The notes below the pieces were generated by a model. That model worked only from the letters and a program-made list of their open reading frames with translations, ran no database searches and was not told the origin of the DNA. This document shows positions 9,416-16,085 of a stretch of DNA of 29,320 nucleotides, one piece after another (positions within the stretch are counted from its first letter, which is position 1; the number at the start of each line of letters is the position of its first letter). Source of the stretch: Vulcanimicrobiota bacterium (GTDB lineage Bacteria > Vulcanimicrobiota > Vulcanimicrobiia > Vulcanimicrobiales > Vulcanimicrobiaceae); assembly GCA_003135555.1 (NCBI GenBank), contig PLCF01000066.1:1-29320 (forward strand), in the 5' to 3' direction. Made by a program: the position numbers and the translations under genes.

Positions 9416-9485
9416 TTCCGGGGGCCCCGCCGGCATCGGCGAGCTCGATGCTGCCGCGTCACGCGCGTTCCAGCCCGATCGCGCT

Positions 9486-9596
9486 GTGAATTGCGTGAAT
9501 TGCTGCGGAACGCCGTGGACAACGCAACTTTCTTGTGGACAAGCATCGATTCGGCGTTTTGGCCTCTTGCACTATCGACGCGGGCGCAGGTATGAT
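9486..9596 (+). promoter_or_regulatory. Unit 3 promoter with phased GTGGA boxes
   Basis: Boxes at 9486, 9495, 9505, 9515, 9535; TTGCAC 9567-9572, 18 nt, TATGAT 9591-9596. Confidence 0.75.
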
Positions 9597-9602
9597 GCGT
9601 AC

Positions 9603-9815
9603 AAGTCGATGGCAACGTCGACTGCGAGTGACGAGAAACTCGCCGGTGCGGTGAAGCGAGGTGACGAGCGATGAAAGTCGAGCGGCGCGTCGAGAGAAGT
9701 ACCGACAACGAAGTTCGACGCTGTAATGGCCGGCGAAAGCCGGCGAGGACGTGCGCAGATCGGATTCTCGTGCTGACCGAAGCCGTGCGGGGCAACTCGT
9801 GCGGCTTCGTCGCGT
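9603..9815 (+). ncRNA. Putative structured ncRNA, copy 3 (~213 nt)
   Basis: AGTCGATG-GCAA-CGTCGACT 5' hairpin; GCCGGC-GAAA-GCCGGC; GAAGCCGTGCGGG-GCAA-CTCGTGCGGCTTC. Confidence 0.7.
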
Positions 9816-9853
9816 TCAAGGCTCGTGCACGCGCGCGAATTGCGATTTGGCCT

Positions 9854-9943
9854 GTGGAATGCGCGATTCGACGTGGAGAACGCAACATTCTTGTGGACGA
9901 GCGGACGTGCGGTATTGCGCAGTGATTTGGCGTGCGCTACGAT
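9854..9943 (+). promoter_or_regulatory. Unit 4 promoter with phased GTGGA boxes
   Basis: Boxes at 9854, 9873, 9893; TTGCGC 9915-9920, 17 nt, TACGAT 9938-9943. Confidence 0.7.
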
Positions 9944-9949
9944 TCGAAC

Positions 9950-10150
9950 ACGTCGGCGATTCGTCGGCGGGCGAGTAGCGAGAAGCTCGCCGGTGGGAAT
10001 CGCATCACGGAAGGCGTCAGCCCGACGGATGCGAGATCGCCGAGACGACGTGAGAACGCCCCCCTGGCTGAGATTTCGGCGAGGAGACGCGCAGATCGAT
10101 TCTCGTGCAGACCGAAGCCGCGTAGCGATTGCCGCGCGGCTTCGTCGCGT
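9950..10150 (+). ncRNA. Putative structured ncRNA, copy 4 (most diverged, ~201 nt)
   Basis: Retains GCGAG..CGAGAAGCTCGCCGG, GGCGAGGA..GCGCAGATCGATTCTCGTGC and GAAGCCG..CGGCTTCGTCGC. Confidence 0.65.
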
Positions 10151-10174
10151 ACGTCGGTCGCCTGCTAGTCGCCG

Positions 10175-10678
10175 TTAGTTGCCGTTCCAGGCGGTGAAGG
10201 GCGCTGGTTTGGCGTACGGCGGGCCGACTTCGATCGTCACGTCGAGGTGTTGGGGGAGCTCGATCTTGCGCGGATCGCCGGCGTAGGGCCGGCCGCTGAG
10301 CCAGATCGCGACGTGCTCGCCGTTACCGGGTTTCGCCCCTGCGACGTCGGCCTTTCCCAACGGCTGTCCCCAAACGTCGAAAAACTCGCCCAACGTGAAC
10401 GTGCGAAAGCGCGGCGCCTCGATATGGATGATCCCGTCGGGCGTATGCGTGTGGATCCAGTAGAGGCACTGTGCGGCCAGCGGCCGGCCGACGTCGTCGG
10501 GGATCGCGACCGGCTTGCCGTGATCCAAAACGGTGAGGTGCTGATGGATGTGCAGCACCGCGCCCTCCATCTGGTCGCAGCGAATCCCATCGACCGGCCG
10601 GCCGGCCGGAACCGCCGCGCGCACGGGTGAGAGGCACGAGAACGCGGCCAGCGCGGCCACGGTGACGAACAGCTTCAT
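10175..10678 (-). CDS. Secreted hypothetical protein with a conserved-looking His/Cys motif set (putative metal binding)
   Basis: Signal peptide MKLFVTVAALAAFSCLSPVRA; HIHQHL and CLYWIHTHTPDGIIHIE motifs; GGGAG SD spacing favours ATG 10678 over 10687. Confidence 0.8.
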   Translation of the reverse strand: MKLFVTVAALAAFSCLSPVRAAVPAGRPVDGIRCDQMEGAVLHIHQHLTVLDHGKPVAIPDDVGRPLAAQCLYWIHTHTPDGIIHIEAPRFRTFTLGEFFDVWGQPLGKADVAGAKPGNGEHVAIWLSGRPYAGDPRKIELPQHLDVTIEVGPPYAKPAPFTAWNGN

Positions 10679-10729
10679 CGATCGCATCGCTCCCGTACAA
10701 CGCGACTTCGAGCGATCCCGTTCCTGCTG

Positions 10730-11758
10730 TCACCCTGACGTGGTGTCAGCTGCGGCTGAGCCTGGTCGAAGGCCGTAGCGCGCGGCCAGCCGCCGCGCGA
10801 TGTCGGCCGCGGCGCGGCGCGCTTCTTCGGGCGCGATGACCTCGGCTTCGGCTCCCCATCCCAGCGAGAAGCGGACGATCTCGAGCGCGTCGGCGACGCG
10901 GTACGTGATGTCGACTCCGCCGTCATCGGCCGGGACCACGCGGCGATCGCGGGCGACCGTCGACGCGGCGGTTGCCGCCTTGGCGACGACCGGCGAGAAC
11001 CGCACCGTGACCTCACCCAGCGTCGCGCCGTGCACCACGCCGCTCACCGAGTTCGCCCCGTAGGCTTCGAGGTTGAAGTCGGCGGGGCGCTCGAACGTCT
11101 GCGGCGTCACGGCGGCGTCCGAGACATTGTCGACTGCGAACACCCGCATGTCGGTGCGCGTGTGGTCGTACCCCACCAGATAGACGCGGCCGTTCGAGAC
11201 GATGAAACCGTACGGGTCGACTCGCCGCTGGGTACGTACGCCGTTCTTGTCGGTATAGCCGAACGCGACGCGGCGATGCTCGCGCTGGGCGCCCTGGAGC
11301 TGCTCGAAGACGCGCTCGACGCCGGCGTCCATCGAGACCGCCTCGAAACGGATCGCGAACGAGCTGGTCTCCACGGCCGCCTCGGTGCGCCGGTCGCTGG
11401 AGCGCAGCAGCTTCTGCGTCGTCTCCTCGATGGCGCTGGCGAACGTACCGCCGAGCGAAGAGCCCAGCCGTTTGAGCGTGACCAGGCCCAGCAGCTCGCG
11501 ATGCGAGAGGTTGAGCCGGCGCAAACTGTAGCCCTCGGCAAACCGGTACTTCCCGCTGGTCCGCTCGAAGAACCATGGGAATCCGGCATCGGAAAGAACG
11601 CTCAGATAGCGCCGCAACGTCCGCGTGCTGGGGGGCTTCTCGTCGGCGATCTCGTCCTTGAGCTCCTCGAAGGTGAAGCGGCCCTCGTCGATCGCGCTGA
11701 GCAGCCGCACCAAGAGGACGACTTTGGGTTCGGCCCGTTCCTCCGCCACCCGGGCCAT
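10730..11758 (-). CDS. WYL-domain transcriptional regulator (wHTH-WYL-WCX; YafY/PafBC-like)
   Basis: N-terminal HTH 'STRTLRRYLSVLSDAGFP'; WYL core 'RRVDPYGF...YLVGYDHTRTDMRVFAVDNV'; 'FERPADFNL'; WCX 'LGWGAEAEVIAP'. Confidence 0.92.
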   Translation of the reverse strand: MARVAEERAEPKVVLLVRLLSAIDEGRFTFEELKDEIADEKPPSTRTLRRYLSVLSDAGFPWFFERTSGKYRFAEGYSLRRLNLSHRELLGLVTLKRLGSSLGGTFASAIEETTQKLLRSSDRRTEAAVETSSFAIRFEAVSMDAGVERVFEQLQGAQREHRRVAFGYTDKNGVRTQRRVDPYGFIVSNGRVYLVGYDHTRTDMRVFAVDNVSDAAVTPQTFERPADFNLEAYGANSVSGVVHGATLGEVTVRFSPVVAKAATAASTVARDRRVVPADDGGVDITYRVADALEIVRFSLGWGAEAEVIAPEEARRAAADIARRLAARYGLRPGSAAADTTSG

Positions 11759-11859
11759 CTTCGTCGTTTCTATACGGTGTCCGCGCGGTTTGCGTAGGGT
11801 GCTCGGCGGTCACGAAGAAACGACCCCTCAAAGCAGCCCGACTCCCGGTAAGGAGAACC

Positions 11860-13209
11860 ATGGACGACCACCGCCCCGACACCTCCGTCGATCGGAAAGA
11901 GTTCCTCCGCCGCACCGGCGCCCTCGGCATCGCCGGGGCCGCCACGCTCGGCTTCCCGCTCCTCGAGACCCGCATCGCCGGCGCGTCGCCCCTGCTCCCC
12001 GCGCGTGACGTGATCGCCGCCGGCGGCGGCGCAACCGTCAAGATCGGCCACATCGACGGATTCTCCGGCGTGTATGCCGCGGCGTCGCAGTCGCAGCAGC
12101 ACGGGATGGAAGTCGCCGTCGCGGAAGCGATGAAAAAGAACAACCGCATCAAGTACGAGATCATCAAGGGCGACGACGCGAGCGCCGCGGCAACCGGCAC
12201 CACCGAAGCCAAGCGCCTCATCTCGCAAGAGAAGGTCGATCTCCTGACCGGCTGCCTGAGCTCGGCGGTCGGACTTGCCGTGTCGGCGACCGCGTCGCAG
12301 AACAACACCTTCTTCCTCGCCGTCGGCACGCACGACACGAACATCACCGGCCCGAAGGCGCACCGCGTAACCTTCCGCCAGACGTGCTCCAATGCGATGC
12401 TCGCAAACGCCATCGCGCCGGAGCTCATCAAACACGGCAAGAAATGGTACTTGCTCGTCGCCGACTACGCGTTTGGTACCGACGGCGCGGCGCGCGTCAA
12501 GAAGATCCTGCTCGCTCAAGGCGGCCAAGTCGTCGGCGAAGATCTGCACAAGTTGGGCGAAACCGACTATTCATCGTACCTGACCAAGGCGCGCAATACC
12601 GACGCCAACGTCCTGTTCTTCTCGAACTACGGCCCAGACTGTCAGAACTCGACCAAAGCGGCGGTCCAGCTCGGTCTCCACAAGAAGATGACCTTCGGCG
12701 GGATCTTGTCCGGCAACGATGTCGCCGTTGGGATGCCGGTCGACGACATCGTCGGTTCGATCTGGGGTTACGTATGGGGTCCCGAGGCCGGCGGCAACGC
12801 GATGGAAGTCTACAACGCCCTCAAGCCCGGTACCACCGAAGTCGACTGGCGCCAGTATCTCGGCTACATGGCCGCCCGCAACATCATCAACCGCGTCAAC
12901 GCCGCCGGCACGACGCAGACCGAAAAAGTCATCGAGGCTTTCGAGAACTACCACTACGACGCCGCCAAGAAGAGCGGCGCGTACTTCCGCAAGTGCGATC
13001 ACCAAGCGATCCAGCAAACCTACGCCGGCGTGATCGTGCCCAAGAGCAAGCGCCGCAGCCCGAACGAGTTTTTCACGATCGCAGCAACCATCGGCGGCGA
13101 GTACGCGGCCGAGTCGTGCGCGGCACCCGACAACGCCGCGGCCGAAAAGATCATCACGTCCGAAAAGGTCGGCGCGCGCGAAGGCTACACGCCGGTCTCG
13201 ACCAAGTAA
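11860..13209 (+). CDS. ABC transporter substrate-binding protein (Liv/Urt-type), Tat-like signal
   Basis: AAGGAG SD; 'DRKEFLRRTGALG' Tat-like motif; GCLSSAVGLAVS, VADYAFG, GETDYSSYL and FRKCDHQA motifs. Confidence 0.9.
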   Translation: MDDHRPDTSVDRKEFLRRTGALGIAGAATLGFPLLETRIAGASPLLPARDVIAAGGGATVKIGHIDGFSGVYAAASQSQQHGMEVAVAEAMKKNNRIKYEIIKGDDASAAATGTTEAKRLISQEKVDLLTGCLSSAVGLAVSATASQNNTFFLAVGTHDTNITGPKAHRVTFRQTCSNAMLANAIAPELIKHGKKWYLLVADYAFGTDGAARVKKILLAQGGQVVGEDLHKLGETDYSSYLTKARNTDANVLFFSNYGPDCQNSTKAAVQLGLHKKMTFGGILSGNDVAVGMPVDDIVGSIWGYVWGPEAGGNAMEVYNALKPGTTEVDWRQYLGYMAARNIINRVNAAGTTQTEKVIEAFENYHYDAAKKSGAYFRKCDHQAIQQTYAGVIVPKSKRRSPNEFFTIAATIGGEYAAESCAAPDNAAAEKIITSEKVGAREGYTPVSTK

Positions 13210-13232
13210 CCACCCCTCCGCTCCGGGGCTCT

Positions 13233-13268
13233 CGAGGGTGGTCGCGAAAGCGGCCGCCCTCGTTCTTT
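13233..13268 (+). terminator. Intrinsic terminator after the solute-binding protein gene
   Basis: CGAGGGTGGTCGC-GAAA-GCGGCCGCCCTCG stem followed by TTCTTT. Confidence 0.8.
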
Positions 13269-13283
13269 AGGATGAAGGCAAGG

Positions 13284-13333
13284 CTAAGTTCTTAAAACCT
13301 TAGTTGACAGCCGGCTGCGGCCCGTGGTAGCGT
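13284..13333 (+). promoter_or_regulatory. blaI-operon promoter with adjacent inverted-repeat operator
   Basis: CTAAGTTCTTAAAACCTTAG imperfect palindrome (13284-13303) abutting TTGACA (13304-13309), 18 nt, TAGCGT (13328-13333) with upstream TG. Confidence 0.75.
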
Positions 13334-13339
13334 CTTGCC

Positions 13340-13723
13340 ATGCCCCGCAAGAAGTCGCCGACCCTCACGGAGGCGGAGTACCGCCTCATGAAGGTCCTGT
13401 GGGACCGGGGGGATTCGAGCGTCGCCGACGTCGTCGAAGCGATCGGCGATCCGCCGCTGGCGTACAACACCGTTCTCACGACGATGCGCATCTTGGAGCA
13501 GAAAGGTTACGTCCGCCATAAGGCGGTCGGCCGGGCCTTCATCTATCATGCCTTCGTCGCCCGCGACGAAGCGCAGCGCAGCGTCGTGACGCACGTCCTC
13601 TCGCGCTTCTTCGACGGCTCGCCGCGCGACCTGGTGCTCAACCTGCTCGAGTCCGAAGCCGTCGACGCAAAAGAACTCGATCGCCTCCGCGAACTCCTGG
13701 ACAAGGCCAAAGGACGCCAGTAG
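13340..13723 (+). CDS. BlaI/MecI/CopY-family transcriptional repressor
   Basis: LTEAEYRLMKVLW; LAYNTVLTTMRILEQKGYV; GRAFIY; RFFDGS. Confidence 0.95.
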   Translation: MPRKKSPTLTEAEYRLMKVLWDRGDSSVADVVEAIGDPPLAYNTVLTTMRILEQKGYVRHKAVGRAFIYHAFVARDEAQRSVVTHVLSRFFDGSPRDLVLNLLESEAVDAKELDRLRELLDKAKGRQ

Positions 13724-16024
13724 GTGTTCGAGGCGGTCGTTGGTGTCGCGCTCCGCGCGATTCTCGCGAGCGTCGTTCTGGGAGCGGCGCTCGCCGCGCT
13801 CGTCTTCGTTGCGACGCGCCTGCTGGCGCTGACGGCGGCGACGCGCCATGCGCTGTGGACGACCGCGCTCGTCGCGACCGCCCTGATGCCGCTCGCCGGC
13901 GTGGGCGTGAGTGTTTGGAAGGCCGCCAGTTTTCAAGGCGCTCCGCCCCAGGCTGCGCGCCCCCCGAGCGAAGCTCGGGGCCCCCGGGCCGAGCTCGCAA
14001 GAAACATGCCGATTCGGCACGAGGGTTCTGCGCTCGCTCCATCGCCGTCGCATCAGCAGCGCACAAGTGTTGCGACGGTTGGCGCGCCCGAGCCCGCTTC
14101 GGTTGCGTCGCCCTCATTTTTCGCCGCACTCTCCGACCGGCTCGCTATCATCCGCTGGTCGCCGCGCATGTCGCGCAACCTTGCCGTCGGCGTGGTCGGT
14201 GTGTGGGTCTTGGGCGCACTTGTCGGTCTGGTGGGGCTGGCGGCGGGGATCGCTCGCGTGCGCGGGCTCAAGCGGCGTTCGAGCCCGATCGACGGCACGC
14301 TCGCCGACGAGCTGCCGTGGTTGACCGCGGTCGGCCCGGGACGCGAGATCTATCTGCGGCTCTCCTATGAAACCGAAACCCCGGTAGCGATCGGTTTCCG
14401 CCGGCCGGTGATCTTGATTCCGACCGAGCTGGCCACAGCCGAGGGGCTCGCGGCAATCGAACAACTGATCCTGCACGAGTACGCGCACTTGCGCCGCAAC
14501 GACGATTGGACGAACCTCGTCCAGCGCACGATTGAGCGCGTCTTCTGGTTCAATCCGGTCGTATGGCTGGTCGGGCGCAGGATTGCCCTCGAGCGTGAGA
14601 TCGCCTCGGACGATGCCGTCGTCGAGAAGACCGGTGAAGCCCACGCGTACGCGGCGTCGCTGTGGAAGCTGGCGCGCGAGATGCGCATGCCCGAGCATTC
14701 CGTCGTCGCCCCCGGGGCGCTGCTCACCCGCAAGCAGATCACCGTGCGCATCGAGCAGTTGCTCGACGCCAAGCGCGGGCGCCTGCACCGGTCCCCCGCC
14801 GCGGCGCTGGGCATCGCCGTGGCGAGCCTCGCCGCGGTCGCATTGGTCGCCAGCAGCGCGCCAGCGGTCGAGCTGCCGGCGGAATCTCCGGTCGCGGTGA
14901 CCACTTCGGCGCCGCATGCGGCGAAGCCCAGCGCGCCAAAGCCCAGCGCAGAGACCTGGGTGCGCGCGAAGGTCGTCCCGGCGGCGGCCAAACCCGAGCG
15001 GGTCACGACCGCCCAACATCCGCCGGCATCGGTACGCTATGTGCTCGGGGCGCTCGCCACGCCGACGCCCGTCGTCCGGGAGCGGATCGTGAAAGTCTAC
15101 GAGCGCGTCGCGATGAATCCGCCCGCCGACGCGCCGGGTGCCGCGACCGCCGCTGCGCGTGCTGCCGCCGCCGCAGGTGCTGCCCCGATGCCGCCCATGC
15201 CGCCGTTGGCGTCGTTCTCGCCCGAGATTCCGCCCCGGCCAGGCGTGAGCCAAGCGACCGTGGCCGCGCGCGCCGCACGCAAGGCGCTCGTTGCCGAAGG
15301 ACAGGATTTCGCGAACATCGGCCACGAGATCGGTCGCGCCGTACACGAGGCCATGGCGACGGTCCCGCAACAGATCGCGCAAGAAACGACGGGCTCAGCC
15401 CACCGTACGCGAACCGACGGGCTGCGGCTCTCGCGCGAACTGATCGCGTCCTGCATCGGCTGCTCGTTTCGCAACGCCGACGCGCGCGGCGTGGACTTGC
15501 ACGGCGTGCGAATCAATGGTGACGACTTCACCGGCGCGGACTTGCGCGGGGCGAACCTCGCGGGCGCGTCGCTCATCGGCGTCTCGCTGACGCGCGCGAA
15601 CCTTTCGAATGCCGACCTGCGCGGTGCGCAGCTCAACGGTGTCGAGCTCCGCGGTGCGATCCTCGACGGGGCGCAACTCGAGAACGTGCACCTGATCGGC
15701 GTGTCGATCAAAGGCGTCAGCCTGCGCGGGGTAGCCCTGCGTGCCATCGTTGCGAACTGCACCGGCTGCGATCTCTCGGGGATCGATCTGCACGGCCAAG
15801 ACCTCCACGGAATCGCGCTCAACGGCGCCGATCTCAGCCACGCCGACCTTCACAACGCCAACTTGAGCGGGGTTCGGTTCAACGGGGTCGATTTAAGCAA
15901 CGCCAATCTCAACGGCGCCGATCTCAGCAACGCGCGCCTCGACGGCTGCGACCTGTCCGGCATCGACCTGCGCGGCGCCCGGACCGCCGGGATGACCATG
16001 CACGGGACGTCGCTGGGCGACTGA
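13724..16024 (+). CDS. BlaR1-like M56 metallopeptidase with a C-terminal pentapeptide-repeat domain
   Basis: RHALW TM; HEYAH zinc motif; FWFNPVVW; EREIASDD; TM, Pro/Ala linker, then A(D/N)LxG pentapeptide repeats with CIGC/CTGC caps. Confidence 0.92.
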   Translation: MFEAVVGVALRAILASVVLGAALAALVFVATRLLALTAATRHALWTTALVATALMPLAGVGVSVWKAASFQGAPPQAARPPSEARGPRAELARNMPIRHEGSALAPSPSHQQRTSVATVGAPEPASVASPSFFAALSDRLAIIRWSPRMSRNLAVGVVGVWVLGALVGLVGLAAGIARVRGLKRRSSPIDGTLADELPWLTAVGPGREIYLRLSYETETPVAIGFRRPVILIPTELATAEGLAAIEQLILHEYAHLRRNDDWTNLVQRTIERVFWFNPVVWLVGRRIALEREIASDDAVVEKTGEAHAYAASLWKLAREMRMPEHSVVAPGALLTRKQITVRIEQLLDAKRGRLHRSPAAALGIAVASLAAVALVASSAPAVELPAESPVAVTTSAPHAAKPSAPKPSAETWVRAKVVPAAAKPERVTTAQHPPASVRYVLGALATPTPVVRERIVKVYERVAMNPPADAPGAATAAARAAAAAGAAPMPPMPPLASFSPEIPPRPGVSQATVAARAARKALVAEGQDFANIGHEIGRAVHEAMATVPQQIAQETTGSAHRTRTDGLRLSRELIASCIGCSFRNADARGVDLHGVRINGDDFTGADLRGANLAGASLIGVSLTRANLSNADLRGAQLNGVELRGAILDGAQLENVHLIGVSIKGVSLRGVALRAIVANCTGCDLSGIDLHGQDLHGIALNGADLSHADLHNANLSGVRFNGVDLSNANLNGADLSNARLDGCDLSGIDLRGARTAGMTMHGTSLGD
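13937..14000 (+). repeat. Dispersed palindromic element, copy inside the M56 coding sequence
   Basis: GGCGCTCCGCCCCAGGCTGCGCGCCCCCCGAGCGAAGCTCGGGGCCCCCGGGCCGAGCTCGCAA matches the reverse complement of 5397-5461. Confidence 0.8.
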
Positions 16025-16085
16025 CCGCCGCCGTGTTTCTTTTGCGCTCACCTCTTATTTCATTAGTTACTCGAAGGAGATCGCC

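Larger units (their letters stand above)
8738..10150 (+). repeat. Tandem array of four diverged ~350-390 bp units (operator boxes + promoter + structured RNA)
   Basis: Blocks recur four times in the same order: GTGGAnAA..TTCTTGTGGACRAGC; TTGC..TAYGAT; GCGAG..CGAGAA.CTCGCCGG; GGCGAGGA..GCGCAGATCG..CGTGC; GAAGCC..GGCTTYGTCGC. Periods between predicted TSSs are 363, 393 and 347 bp. Confidence 0.95.

Noticed and set aside
9779..9808. 3' hairpins of the array (AGCCG..GNRA..CGGCTT) resemble group II intron domain V
   Set aside because: They are shorter than a canonical D5 and lack the conserved 2-nt bulge; there is no D6 or RT gene. A 3'-terminal or terminator-like hairpin explains them better.
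8739..9900. oriC
   Set aside because: The boxes are DnaA-like, but no dnaA/dnaN/gidA neighbours or AT-rich unwinding element are visible, and each cluster is tied to a promoter. GC-skew analysis would be needed to exclude it fully.
8738..10150. CRISPR or TIGR-like guide array
   Set aside because: Units are ~350-390 bp, diverged and each has its own promoter; there are no short identical repeats with unique spacers and no cas or tas genes in the window.
8721..10174. ORF-track ORFs inside the repeat array (e.g. 8873-9202, 9208-9888, 9378-9674, 9825-10178)
   Set aside because: No recognisable domains and no start, frame or stop shared between the four homologous units; conservation follows base-pairing rather than codons.
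13213..13230. Short match CTCCGCTCCGGGGCT to the start of the dispersed palindromic element, and GGGGCCCC..GAGCTC segments in the array spacers (9420-9447)
   Set aside because: Too short and GC-rich to tell from chance.
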